Shown: positions 50,412-60,985 of the stretch, piece by piece
Layout: each line of letters opens with the position of its first letter
How positions within the stretch are numbered: the stretch's first letter is position 1
NCBI GenBank assembly: GCA_965237675.1
Contig: OZ250150.1
Location: forward strand, 4,608,001 to 4,672,000
Source of the DNA: Candidatus Latescibacterota bacterium
Lineage (GTDB): Bacteria > Latescibacterota > UBA2968 > GCA-2709665
DNA length: 64,000 nt
Direction of reading: 5' to 3'
Notes under the pieces: generated by a model
What the model was told of the DNA's origin: nothing
Seen by the model: only the letters and a program-made list of their open reading frames with translations
Databases searched by the model: none
Translations under genes and position numbers: made by a program

Positions 50412-50804
50412 TTAACCCTCAGTCGCCGCGCCAGCGAGGGATTGCTCCCGCGCAGCACTCCGGAACAGCCAGGCCGAGCCGATCCACAACACAATGAAGA
50501 AGCCGTTCAGGCCGAGGATCTCAAGCGGTCCGCTCGCGGGGTAGCCCAACCTGGCGATCAGTGCGATCAGCGTGACGAGGGCCTGGGCGAGCGCCGTCGC
50601 GAACAGTGCGAGCGCCATTCCACGCGGCTCGAAACGCGCGATGACGGCGCCGATAATCCCAACGGCGAGCACCCCCAAATACATCAGGTTGGCGTCGTTG
50701 TTCTCGGATCCGATCACGCCGACCGCGCCGTTCACCCAAAGGAGGATGAGCGCTGTCGCAAGCGCGACGCCGACCGCAGATCGGTACGGATTACGCGTCT
50801 TCAT
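50412..50804 (-). CDS. small four-TM membrane protein
   Basis: WVNGAVGVIGSENNDANLMY; hydrophobic helices. Confidence 0.8.
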   Translation of the reverse strand: MKTRNPYRSAVGVALATALILLWVNGAVGVIGSENNDANLMYLGVLAVGIIGAVIARFEPRGMALALFATALAQALVTLIALIARLGYPASGPLEILGLNGFFIVLWIGSAWLFRSAAREQSLAGAATEG

Positions 50805-51018
50805 TGCTGCTCCTTTCGTCCCGGCGTCGATGATCGACCATCAAGTTTTGCGGATTTCCATTTACGATACACTTCACACACGCCATAAGCCGAATTCTTA
50901 GCCTTTTTCGGCGCCGATATTGCCGCTGACGATCCGCCCTGCCCGAACCCTAAAGGAGTCTCGCGAAGGGTCAGCCAGAAACCGGACACGGGCGTGTCAG
51001 CCCTTCGTGACGCTTCTT

Positions 51019-51576
51019 CTATTGGCGGCGCTGACGCGCAATATACTTGCGCAGCTTCTGGATCGCGGGAAGGTCTACATCTCTCAGAGGTGCGCCAGCA
51101 GGGTGTTTGTGGAAGTTGACCTTCTCGTCCAGTTGTGCCTCAGCGCTGAGGATCGGGCAGGACAGGTCGCCCAGCCGCCTTTCCGGTGCACAAAAGGCTT
51201 CATGCGGATAAGGCCAATCGGTCCATCGGCCTGAGGTAACCACGTCTCCGGATTGGGTCATCTCGAGTAGTCCAAAACTGACATACTGATCGAGTCTCCA
51301 AAACCCGATGTGTTCGTCGGGATGCCGGACTTTCTGTTGGGAATACCCCAAGGTACCAAGACACACGGTTACCTCCGGCGCATCTGTTTTCCATATTGCC
51401 CAATCGATGTCGCCGTGTACGCGCGAGACTTCGCCTAACAGAAAGTCCAATCCCCAACCCCCTCCCAGCCAGTGCGGAATCGAACGAGATCGCAATGCCT
51501 CATGAATCTCTCTGATCAGATCAAGCTGGACAGAATTGGGATCTTCCAAACACGCACGATTTACAATTCGAGACAT
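51019..51576 (-). CDS. ANT(2'')/Lnu-like nucleotidyltransferase
   Basis: WLGGGWGLDFLLGEVSRVHGDID. Confidence 0.8.
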   Translation of the reverse strand: MSRIVNRACLEDPNSVQLDLIREIHEALRSRSIPHWLGGGWGLDFLLGEVSRVHGDIDWAIWKTDAPEVTVCLGTLGYSQQKVRHPDEHIGFWRLDQYVSFGLLEMTQSGDVVTSGRWTDWPYPHEAFCAPERRLGDLSCPILSAEAQLDEKVNFHKHPAGAPLRDVDLPAIQKLRKYIARQRRQ

Positions 51577-52086
51577 GGGTCGAACTCATGGAAAACGGAA
51601 TGATTCTATACGCCGAACCGGTTTAACAGGTGACGATCGGCAATTTCTGTCGGCGCCCAGTGCCGTTCAGGCGGACGAGCACCGGATATCGTCAAGTCGG
51701 AATTGCTTATTAAGGTGCTGCCCGCAGTGTTCCCGCGGTTCCGAGATCCACTACCTTTACCCGCCGACTTACTCAGTCCTAAAGCTTCGGATGGCCTTTG
51801 CGGCTTTACTTCAACAGGTGGATCGTTGTTTTGACAATTAGTACAGCGAAAAGTTGCAGCCTCTATGAGCGATGCCAGCTGTTTCGCGTCGTCCATTTTC
51901 CGCCCCAAACGGGGTTGTTAGAGGAATTGAGATGCGTCGGACTATACAACGGTCCGGAGAGCAACGCTATCCGTTCCGGAATGCGGACCTTTGAAGCGGG
52001 TTACCGAAGGCCCATTCGCGTCAAATCACGCGAACGGACCTCTGCCCCAGTGCAATGGTTAGACGTATCGGCGGACGTAGCGCCGC

Positions 52087-53475
52087 CTAGTCCGCTATCG
52101 CCCTCAGATATTCTTCTGAGAGTAGCTGGCTGATTCTGATTTTGCCTGAGTCGTCAACGATTTGAAGATAGACTTCCCGCTTGCCTTTTTCTCCAACAAA
52201 TCGTAGCAGTCCGAAGTTGTAGTCATTGACGTATGGCGCGGCCGATTGAGGACCTCCGCCCCGGTTGCTACTGCCGTCGGGCGTGGGGTCCGGGTTGCGT
52301 CGTCGGACGGCCAGATTGGAACTCATGAGTTCATAAAGTGGATAATCAAACCCCGGGCGGTCCAGGCGATGGAGTACACCCGAGTGCCAATCCCCGGCGA
52401 GAAAAAAGACACCGGTGATGTTTTCGGCAAAGAGCCACGAAAAAAACTCATTACATTCGTCGCCAAAATTCGCCCATGTCTCTCCGGTTTCATCAACCAC
52501 TGCCGTGCCGCCGGAAGCGATCACCTTGAAGGTGGCCGTGCTGCTTTTCAGTTTGGCCTTGAGCCATTCGAGTTGGCCTTCTCCAAACATCGTGGTTCTA
52601 TCCTCCGCTTCGTTTGGATCCCTGTGAGAGCGGTTGTCGAGCATGAAGAATTCAACGTCTGCTATCCGGAACCGGTGGAAGACGCCAGGCACTCCTGCGG
52701 ACTCGGCGTATGGGTTCGGCCAGTAACGGCGGAACGTCTCGATTGCGAGATCTCGCCACTTGAATGTCCGGTCGGAATTGTTCGGTCCGAAGTCATGGTC
52801 GTCCCAGATGCCGTAGCTGGGTGTTGTGGCGACGATGTCTCTGAGCCCGGGGATCTGCCGGAATCTGCGATGGTAAAGGGACATGATCTCTCTGACGCTG
52901 GCTTCGGGGAGATCATATCCTTCCGCCTTGCCCGGCATGTAATTGTTGTCGCCGATAAACAGAAAGGCGGCCGGGCGGAACCTCGCAACCTGTGACCAGA
53001 TCGATTGCACAGGCACTCTCGCAGGTAGATTGCACGATCCAAAGGCGACCGTGAATTCAGTGATTCGTTCGGGTTCTGCTTCGGAGATCGATTCGGGCGG
53101 CATGAGTGGAAACACCTGAGCCGTCCGGGGGGCGACTATCGAGCCGTCAACGTATACATCGTAATAAATCAGACGCCCGGGGGGAAGGTCCGTGAGTGCG
53201 ATTACACAGGTGTACGGCAACGTCGATTCGGTTCTTCCTTCGGATGAACCTCGGGTCATCGGTTCTCTGAAAGTCCGGTGAAACATGATCCGGGGCTCTA
53301 CCCAGTAGTCGATACGTACCGTTGCGGGTGTGTCCGTCTCAACCCAGATCCTGGCCGTCGTCGTCGTGGTGTGGCCAACAAGCGGCCCCGCAATGAGTTT
53401 CGCGGCTTCCGCCGGTGCCGAAGTGATCACACATATAAGTGCCGGGATCAGGACTGTTCGAAATTGAAACTGCAT
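52087..53475 (-). CDS. phoD: alkaline phosphatase D family protein
   Basis: Signal peptide, FGSC, GDNNY, WDDHDF, GDWH. Confidence 0.88.
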   Translation of the reverse strand: MQFQFRTVLIPALICVITSAPAEAAKLIAGPLVGHTTTTTARIWVETDTPATVRIDYWVEPRIMFHRTFREPMTRGSSEGRTESTLPYTCVIALTDLPPGRLIYYDVYVDGSIVAPRTAQVFPLMPPESISEAEPERITEFTVAFGSCNLPARVPVQSIWSQVARFRPAAFLFIGDNNYMPGKAEGYDLPEASVREIMSLYHRRFRQIPGLRDIVATTPSYGIWDDHDFGPNNSDRTFKWRDLAIETFRRYWPNPYAESAGVPGVFHRFRIADVEFFMLDNRSHRDPNEAEDRTTMFGEGQLEWLKAKLKSSTATFKVIASGGTAVVDETGETWANFGDECNEFFSWLFAENITGVFFLAGDWHSGVLHRLDRPGFDYPLYELMSSNLAVRRRNPDPTPDGSSNRGGGPQSAAPYVNDYNFGLLRFVGEKGKREVYLQIVDDSGKIRISQLLSEEYLRAIAD

Positions 53476-53547
53476 TGATTCCTCCTTCTTCGGAAGTGAC
53501 TTTCCCACACGAATCATCTCCTCTGAAAAGTCATTTGCTCGCACAAT

Positions 53548-54471
53548 TCAACTGTCACGATATGAGTTTAACACGGCGTCCCAGGCCAGTTCAGAAGCTA
53601 TAAATCCTATATCAAGCTCATCCAGGGTTTTTGTCTTAACTTCGTTGGTGGTAATGGCATACAGGATATCACCGTCATATTGGGTGTGAAAGGGCTGAAT
53701 GGCCTGCGCCATGGAGCTATGAACCTGTTTAGCCAATTGATGGAGAGATCCCGCGTCCAATTGGCGGTTGGTAACGACCAGTGTCAAGGTTGTGTTTTCG
53801 TGAGAAGGTTTGCTCTTTGTCGACTTACCGGATCTATGTTCGACCCGATCCCGTATATGAAGGCGGTTTCCTGTATTTGGATCTCGATTCCCTCTGACTA
53901 CCTGCCCTTGACGATCAACAACAGCGCCGAGCGCATTCACAACGGTAAATACAGCAATCCTGGTACGTCCGACTTGTCGAAAGGCAGCACCCTGTCCGGA
54001 TGATTCTCTAACACCCAGCCCGGATCCTCCACCAACGTTAGCCGAACGACCGGCTCCCCGTACACCGAGAGGAAAGACGCCGGTACGTGCTACGCTCAGA
54101 GCAGTACGGCCCAATTGCATATCCGGATAAATGGCATTATTCCTCCCTCCCCAATCCCAGATAATGGCTCCGGATACGAGGGGAATATTCTCCCAGTTTA
54201 TGGAATAATTCTGAAGAGCGAGAAGTTCAGCGCGCACACCGAGAGCTGCTTCAAGACCGCACAGAGAGCCGCCAGCAAAGCAAATCGCGTGATACCAGCC
54301 ATAGCCAGTCTCGATGGCTCCAACGCTACCCCCTCGAATATCGACAGCCGTGGAGACTCCTTTTGGGAAATGGAAGACAGTACAACCAGTTGGACCTTCT
54401 TCATACTCAGCGATACCTACCTTCATTTCCGGAAAGTTGAATTCAAGGGTTGGACCGTCAAATGTAGTCAT
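53548..54471 (-). CDS. P1/S58 (DmpA-like) peptidase
   Basis: TGCT, DIRGG, VNALG, ENTTL, PFHTQYDGD. Confidence 0.9.
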   Translation of the reverse strand: MTTFDGPTLEFNFPEMKVGIAEYEEGPTGCTVFHFPKGVSTAVDIRGGSVGAIETGYGWYHAICFAGGSLCGLEAALGVRAELLALQNYSINWENIPLVSGAIIWDWGGRNNAIYPDMQLGRTALSVARTGVFPLGVRGAGRSANVGGGSGLGVRESSGQGAAFRQVGRTRIAVFTVVNALGAVVDRQGQVVRGNRDPNTGNRLHIRDRVEHRSGKSTKSKPSHENTTLTLVVTNRQLDAGSLHQLAKQVHSSMAQAIQPFHTQYDGDILYAITTNEVKTKTLDELDIGFIASELAWDAVLNSYRDS

Positions 54472-54476
54472 CGGAG

Positions 54477-54845
54477 TTAATTATACGTTATCGTGAGAAA
54501 CCTGTTTCCTTCGCTTAGCCATTGCTCTAACCTGTCAGGAAGGAGATGCTGTCTAGAGTTGCGGCTGATTCCGTACCGGGAAACGCGTGCCGCTGTGGTC
54601 ACTATGCGCTCGGACTCTTTGATCGCATTTTTATTTATACGAGTAAACGCCGCAGCATTGTAGACGAAAGTTTCTTCGTAAGCCGTCGGTCCATTCAGAT
54701 TCTTCAGTTCTTTCGCCGCTCCCCTTTCGAGAAGGTACTCCAGGACGTCAACATGGCCCTTCCAGGCAGCGCAATTGAGCGCCGTTGAACCGTCTTTGTC
54801 TTTTCCGGTCAGAAAATCTGCATGGCCATCGTCTTTGACCTTCAC
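54477..54845 (-). pseudogene. ankyrin repeat fragment
   Basis: Single repeat DKDGSTALNCAAWKGHVDVLEYLLERGA. Confidence 0.55.
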
Positions 54846-55399
54846 GCGCGTTGGGTCCGTTTCAAATCAAGAGCGAATCGGTATAGTTCCCCGAAGTCCG
54901 TCGACTCCGGGCCGAATAGCTCTGCCGGCTGTCTGAAATGGACAGCCCGAACTTCCACAATCCTGCTGTTCGGATCCGGATCGGCTCTGTCCTCGATTTT
55001 TCCAACTACCTTCGCCCACGATACGACTCGTACATGCTCCGGGTGCGGAAAGTGGGGCAACCTGGGGCGGTCGTTTCGGGAAACGCAGTGATACATCCCG
55101 ATCGGATGATGTTTCCCCAGGATGCTCCCGGTTTCCTCCAGCAGCTCACGACGACCGGCCTCGCCCCAATTCTCGCCGTGTTCGAGGGTGCCTCCCGGCA
55201 TGACCCATTTCCCGTTGGCCCGCCTGGTCACGAGACATTGACTGTCCGAGACAAAGGGAATGATATAGGATGCGCCGCAAATAGTCGAAGCCAGTTCGTT
55301 TTCGAATCTGCGGAAGTGGACACCGGGACGTAGCTGCTCCTGCTCCTCGCTCAGGACAGGGTATTTAGCGATGATCGTGTCGAAGTGCGTACGGTCCAT
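54842..55399 (-). CDS. NUDIX hydrolase
   Basis: PGGTLEHGENWGEAGRRELLEETG. Confidence 0.9.
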   Translation of the reverse strand: MDRTHFDTIIAKYPVLSEEQEQLRPGVHFRRFENELASTICGASYIIPFVSDSQCLVTRRANGKWVMPGGTLEHGENWGEAGRRELLEETGSILGKHHPIGMYHCVSRNDRPRLPHFPHPEHVRVVSWAKVVGKIEDRADPDPNSRIVEVRAVHFRQPAELFGPESTDFGELYRFALDLKRTQRA

Positions 55400-55474
55400 A
55401 TTCGCGCCACATCCGTATTTTCGGCGTCGCAGCCGCCGCAACGCCTGTCGAGCGGATCTATCCCAATTTTTCTT

Positions 55475-56395
55475 TCACAGGACCTCCATAACCCGTTCAA
55501 ACCTGCCGTGAATTTCTCCTGTCTTTGCAAGTTCGAGACTTTCCTCCGCCCAGGTTGGAAATCTGGGCCGACGGAAGGCTTCAACGAGAGCACAGAGAGG
55601 AGCCATCAAATCGTCCAGGACCTTCTCACCGGGATCGGTCTCGCCGTATGCAGACCGGAATGCATCCGCAGCAACCGGGCCAAGAGAGCCCGATACGTTT
55701 CTGCAATCCGAATACCGCAATCCCAACCCCAGAAGATGATAGTCAAACACGACGGCCCTGATCGGCTTAACGTTCCGAGACAATGCCAGATTGGTCCAAT
55801 GAAAATCATTGTAAGTTAACGTCTCATCGGAAGTTATCGCGGCATTCCTGATTCTGTCGATATTGTCGGCGAGAGTCACCCACCTGGACTGATATTGGCC
55901 GCGGACCCTCGACGCCACTTCCAGGATCGAAGCGGGCGTAATTCCGTCGATCTCACGCCGAAAGGATGAAAGCCCGTGCTGACGGGTCCAATCCCTCCAG
56001 TCTGCACCGTGGAGTGCGTGATACCAACCGGCTAGAGCGACGCCAACTTCAGCATTCTTGATATCCTCCTCACTGGCAAGCCTGAGATGTTCGCTGACGT
56101 CAAGATCCTCAAGCAGAAGTGCATCATTCGTACTCGAAATGACGCGGAGGGTGGGAACACCAAGATCCTTGAGCATCGCATAGGCCCCGACTTCCCTCAA
56201 GGCATCCGGATCTACGAATACTTTCAGTATGTACGAAGAACCATCTAACGCGATCCGGAAAACGTTGCCACTATGTTTCTTCCGGATTGGCTCGACCTTT
56301 TCCAGATGTGGTTTATAAAAACCCATTTTTGCCAGGGTATCGCACACATCGTCGGCGAATTCCGTCACGCCATCTCCCGCAGGATTGATTGCCAT
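55475..56395 (-). CDS. aminoglycoside phosphotransferase-like kinase
   Basis: YILK, LLLEDL, YNDFHWTN, FDY. Confidence 0.8.
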   Translation of the reverse strand: MAINPAGDGVTEFADDVCDTLAKMGFYKPHLEKVEPIRKKHSGNVFRIALDGSSYILKVFVDPDALREVGAYAMLKDLGVPTLRVISSTNDALLLEDLDVSEHLRLASEEDIKNAEVGVALAGWYHALHGADWRDWTRQHGLSSFRREIDGITPASILEVASRVRGQYQSRWVTLADNIDRIRNAAITSDETLTYNDFHWTNLALSRNVKPIRAVVFDYHLLGLGLRYSDCRNVSGSLGPVAADAFRSAYGETDPGEKVLDDLMAPLCALVEAFRRPRFPTWAEESLELAKTGEIHGRFERVMEVL

Positions 56396-56754
56396 TTCAA
56401 ATATCTGCTCAGAAGTGGATCAATTTCGCGAACCTATTCACCGGGGTAGCGTAAATCGTGGTGTTGGATGGTGTTGGTCGACTCAGTTTTGTCAGAATTC
56501 CCTGAGCATCAGATATACCCATAATCGCTAAACCCGTGTTTTTCCCAGAAATCTGCACTCTCCTCAGTTACAGTCACACTTAGTGAAGGAGCGCCACGAC
56601 CTCCGGCATCGAGAATGGTCTCTCCAATATCGAACAGCAGAACCGAAATCATGGGAATCTCACCCTGGTTTATCGAAAATGCGTTACGACGCGCAACGTG
56701 TCCGCGGGCTGCGAACCTGGCGCAATTTCAGTGAACGATACGCCGGTCGCCGAA

Positions 56755-56845
56755 CCCCGAGCTGAGCCGCTGAGCCTTGCCCTGAGCTTTTACAGTGAGC
56801 CTGCGGTCCCTGAGCTTGTCGAAGGGTCGAAGGGCTGTCGAAAGG
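56755..56845. repeat. nested REP-like cluster
   Basis: Stacked TGAGC left arms, core CCCTGAGCTTGTCGAAGGG (56808-56826), stacked TCGAAGGG right arms. Confidence 0.8.
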
Positions 56846-56848
56846 TTA

Positions 56849-57262
56849 TCATAGCCGTTGCTGTTGCTTGAGTTCGGGGACGATGTACTTCCGCAAGATA
56901 GGATTCAGTGGATATTTCCCCGATTCGAGATCCTCCATAGATGCCCAGGCGATCTTGAGCACCTCGTCCTGGTCCGGAACAGGTTCTCCCTCAAAACCTG
57001 CTACGTATGCTCGAACTCTAACCCTGTACCTCTCACCGGTCTTCGAAGGGTAGGCCAGACGCTCGTATTCGCCGAAGAATTCAGGATCCGTGGGGGTAAT
57101 GTTGAGCTCTTCCATCAGTTCTCTCCGCAACGAATCCAGATCCGACTCACCGTCCTCGAGCTTTCCGCCAGGCAAGAGGTAATCCTCGATGCCATCGCAC
57201 TTCACCAGCAAGAGGCCATCCTGCGTAATCAGAATCCCCGAGATGCGAACGATCGTCTTCAT
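56849..57262 (-). CDS. NUDIX hydrolase
   Basis: PGGKLEDGESDLDSLRRELMEEL. Confidence 0.9.
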   Translation of the reverse strand: MKTIVRISGILITQDGLLLVKCDGIEDYLLPGGKLEDGESDLDSLRRELMEELNITPTDPEFFGEYERLAYPSKTGERYRVRVRAYVAGFEGEPVPDQDEVLKIAWASMEDLESGKYPLNPILRKYIVPELKQQQRL

Positions 57263-57286
57263 TCTTTCCTTAACCAGGTTTAGCAC

Positions 57287-58111
57287 TCAAATCAGGCCGC
57301 TCTTTTTGAACAGAAACAGGGCTTCGACGGTAAAACTCGCCCGGTGTATCTCTCCATGACCGGTGATCCAGCCCCCGTCCTCCTGTTGATCGCTCTTCAC
57401 CCTGGCCAATGCCAATTCAAAGAGGTCTTCCGCAACGTCACCGGCAAGATGGCTGGCGTGCGCGATGGAGATGATGTCTCCCGGGTCCGCTTTGCCCTTT
57501 TCTACTGCCTCATACAGTATCTTCTTGCAGCCTTTGACAATCTGCTCATCTGTCCCACTGCCGGACCCCTGTAGACGAAACAGAGGCATTGCCATCCAAT
57601 GCGTGTGCGTGTAGTCCGGAAATCTCTCGCCACTCCACCCCCGCCGGACAAATTCCAGTGCCTTTGTAAAATTCACCTGTTGCTCCCGGCCCGATTCCTC
57701 CAATTTGCAGCATAGTGCAGAGGTCAACCACACCTGGTTCTCGTAGCGGCCGGGCAACATCCAAAAAGGTGGGTTGAAACTGACAATCTCTTCCGGCTCA
57801 TCCCAGCATCCATCATCACGCTGGGTCCTTCGAAGAAAGTCCAGCGTGTTCAGAAGCACAGCGCTTTTACGATCTCCAACCCAGTTCAACCATTGCAGCG
57901 CGACAAATGTTGCGGTGATGATAGACAAATCTCCCTGAAAATCCTTGTCGGTTCCGGTCCAGCCACCATCCTGTCTCTGATTGACCCTGAGAGCTTCGAT
58001 TGCCTCCTCACGACTGCAATCGCCAGTTGCATATCTGGCTAAACCTGAAAGAACGGGATCATTCGAGTTGAGAACGAAAGTCACCGCTCTGTCCGGATCA
58101 ACGGTGCTCAT
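57287..58111 (-). CDS. prenyltransferase/squalene-cyclase (QW) repeat protein
   Basis: QRQDGGW, QRDDGCW, QQEDGGW repeats. Confidence 0.8.
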   Translation of the reverse strand: MSTVDPDRAVTFVLNSNDPVLSGLARYATGDCSREEAIEALRVNQRQDGGWTGTDKDFQGDLSIITATFVALQWLNWVGDRKSAVLLNTLDFLRRTQRDDGCWDEPEEIVSFNPPFWMLPGRYENQVWLTSALCCKLEESGREQQVNFTKALEFVRRGWSGERFPDYTHTHWMAMPLFRLQGSGSGTDEQIVKGCKKILYEAVEKGKADPGDIISIAHASHLAGDVAEDLFELALARVKSDQQEDGGWITGHGEIHRASFTVEALFLFKKSGLI

Positions 58112-58230
58112 TATTCCTTCCTCCAACTGTCATTTGAACCGGATCGCGGCTGGTCGAGTACGACGCAAATCTACTCTGCGACAGGATAAGATGGGCGCGT
58201 CGGCCATTGACAGACAATTGAATACCCTGG

Positions 58231-59509
58231 CTATTTCAAGAGTTCCTCACAACCCCAATCCACGTAGGCTTCGATTGCGAATCTCATCGAAATCACTCTT
58301 TTCCAGATCAGCGGACAAAAGATGCACGAAATGATCGAAAGACGGAAATCGTATTCGAATTCGTCACGAGAATAGCCACTGATTTCGCCAATAATCAGCC
58401 CATCGTAATACTGGTTCATCAGTTCGCTCTCAATTTGGCGTCGCCCGCTCGTTCCATGAACCAGCATATAGGCAAGATCATAGGCGCCGATGCCCCGCTT
58501 ATACGTCTCCCAGTCAAACAGGATGAGCCTATCGGTCGCAGTATTCTTCGGGTAGAAGAGATTCCACACATGGGCGTCGCCGTGTAGAAGCGTGATATTC
58601 TGACCGCTTGAAACGCGCGCTAAAAACACCTCGGGATATTCCGCGATCACCCGTTCTGCTGTCTCGATCCAGGAAGGCTGCAGTTCGTCACCAGCCTCTT
58701 TTACGAATTCCTCAAGCGCAGGTTCGAACGCGCGGCAATTCGCATGAACGTCCTCTTTCGCAATAGCCTGCGCCATCCTTAGCGGACCGCCGTGTCGGAC
58801 GTAAAAGGGCCATGTTTCCAGCCGTGGATGGTTCCATCACTGAACGTGGTATTTGAGCAATTCTGCGACGACCTGCTCGTGGGGGCGGTCCTTCGCGTCC
58901 ATGGGCGGTTCGGTGTGTGTCCTGGAAAGGTCTGCTATTAACCTCAATTCGAAAAAAGACAACAGTCAAATTGGCCACAAAAAGCACAAAAGGCACAGAA
59001 AGTACCGGTGCAAAACGGGGTATTGAGGTCGTCCGGAAGGACATTTTTCCGTTCACGTCCAGTGACTTGGTGTATCCTGGTAATCCGCCGTCTAATCGCC
59101 TTTATTAACTAGCACATATTCGAATTAACGTCCACGAAAACTTACGAATCAAGGTTAACAGGTGGCATATCTGGTCTGTGCGATCGATCCCGCCATCATA
59201 GACGGGGAAGACATGCGCCCCGGGTGTATTTGGTGCAAGTTCATTGTAAAAAGCCCACTCGAACACGCCGCCCCCGAACCATCCTTTTCTGAAAACCTTC
59301 AGGACTATTGCGTCTGATACATCGCCATCGTAATCATCACTGAATTCAACGGCGAGCCGATCCCACTTGGCCGCGGAAGTTTCAAAGGAATCTGTCTTTT
59401 CGACCGATATGACCCGTCCGGATCGCATGAACCCGTTCCGAATCAATCTTTCGGTCAGTTCTGCTGGAGTGATTTGCTTCGCTTCGGTGATTGGATCGGA
59501 TAGCTCCAT
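58231..59509 (-). pseudogene. EcKinase/APH-like phosphotransferase split by a MITE
   Basis: N-part 59509-59159 and C-part with HGDAHVWN and FDWE; removing the insert restores CHLLIADLSRTH; extra TGA at 58837-58839. Confidence 0.85.
58938..59158. mobile_element. MITE with TTAA target duplication
   Basis: TTAA-CCTCAATTCG ... CGAATCAAGG-TTAA; excision restores the kinase reading frame. Confidence 0.85.
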
Positions 59510-59681
59510 CGGTGAGTCGCCTCATAGTTCCATTTGATTTGGCTCGATCTATACACGAAACACACGGTGACCGCTGGCGGCCCCACCGTTGCGAAGCCCA
59601 TTTCGGGCAGGCATCAAGCGAGCTTACTAAAACCCCGCTGCTATATGCTGGCAGCCGGCGAATGGGATGAGATCCGGTCAT

Positions 59682-60089
59682 TCAACCTGGCTTAACCTGA
59701 CCAATTGTCGCTATGATCGATCGCAAATCCGGGTCGGAAAACCGATCTGACTTCAACACCTTGCCGTCCGTCCTGAATATCGGCGTACCCTGCTCATCCA
59801 GCTTGCTCATGTTGCTTCGGTGGACTTCATCAAAGAGCTCTTCGGCAATATCCTGCAGCCCATGAGCGATGAACGTACCCAGCAGTACGTAAAGCATGTC
59901 TGTAAGGGCGTCTGCGATCTCGACGATGTCGTGGTTATTCACGGCATCCCGATACTCCTCCAGCTCCTCCAGAAACATCCGGATACGCCCTTCGGTCACC
60001 TCCGCAGGCACCGTTGCTGTAGGCGTGCGCTCCATGTATGCCTGGAACACGTCGTGAAAACATCTCACGCTATCCAGCTGAATTTTCAT
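59682..60089 (-). CDS. MazG-like/PRA-PH nucleoside triphosphate pyrophosphohydrolase
   Basis: EELEEY, EIADALTDMLYV, EVHRSNMSK, DGKVLK. Confidence 0.9.
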   Translation of the reverse strand: MKIQLDSVRCFHDVFQAYMERTPTATVPAEVTEGRIRMFLEELEEYRDAVNNHDIVEIADALTDMLYVLLGTFIAHGLQDIAEELFDEVHRSNMSKLDEQGTPIFRTDGKVLKSDRFSDPDLRSIIATIGQVKPG

Positions 60090-60214
60090 TTGGCATCTCC
60101 TGACAGCTCTATCTGATTCCTTCAAAGAGTTTCTTGGGAAAGAAACCGTCGAGTATTCCATTGGCCTCAACGATCACCCGGAGAGGCGCGTCGACGCATG
60201 AGCTACCGCTCCCT

Positions 60215-60922
60215 TCAACTGGCAAGACGGGGTAGCACCTCTTCCGCCTTCCCACCCACATACAGGTCCTCCTCGTGCAGAAACTCCGGCCGATCAGGAG
60301 AGATCGCGGCGACTTTCATACCATTGTCACGCGAATAACTGATCAGACCGTGTTCGTCTCTTCCAAGCCCGATCGCCAGGAGATCGTCCCCCTCCTTGAA
60401 CCACTCCCATCCTCTCGCACCCGGTTTGAAGTCATCCGGATTCTTCATGTGGACGTTCACAGATCCCGCCCTCTCGTGGAGCTTGTCTCCATTCCCTGTG
60501 ATAACGCGGCGAACGCAGCCTCTCTTCTCCAGGTCCGCCAGAGATCGGTGCGCGCCATTGGGTTCCGCCTGGAGGAAGGCGGCTTGAAATCTCGCCAGAA
60601 TCCTTGCGAGTTCCCGGGGCTTTTCGATCATGAAGCCCGCGACGGCGCCGGGAAACGGTTCATGCAGCGGGAAGTGGCGCTCCAGACCCTCCGGACCTCT
60701 GAAGCTCGGGATGCCGCTCCCTGTCGAAATTCCAGCGCCCGTAAGGGCGATCACCGGGTCCTGATACACGAGTGACTGCAGTTCCGAAACCGTAATGCGT
60801 CTTGCCGCTTCCGGACACGCCTTTGTGCTGACCGGATAGTACTCGTTTCTCGCGGCAAACGGATCTTCCGGTTCCTCCCCCTTCAGCTCGAATCGACTGA
60901 AGTGGGCTTCTTTCAGGTCCAT
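60215..60922 (-). CDS. Sir2/CobB-like protein lacking the Zn-binding module
   Basis: TGAGISTGSGIPSFRG, PNGAH, ITGNGDKLHERAGS, AEEVLP; no CxxC pairs. Confidence 0.8.
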   Translation of the reverse strand: MDLKEAHFSRFELKGEEPEDPFAARNEYYPVSTKACPEAARRITVSELQSLVYQDPVIALTGAGISTGSGIPSFRGPEGLERHFPLHEPFPGAVAGFMIEKPRELARILARFQAAFLQAEPNGAHRSLADLEKRGCVRRVITGNGDKLHERAGSVNVHMKNPDDFKPGARGWEWFKEGDDLLAIGLGRDEHGLISYSRDNGMKVAAISPDRPEFLHEEDLYVGGKAEEVLPRLAS

Positions 60923-60985
60923 TGAGTCCCCGTAGGTGAGTATAAGGTGACTCGCCCTGGTTCCGTGTTCGGTCTCGGCAGAGAG

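Noticed and set aside
58837-58839. In-frame TGA as recoding or selenocysteine
   Set aside because: Best explained as TGG to TGA in a gene already broken by a MITE; TGA is a normal stop throughout the window
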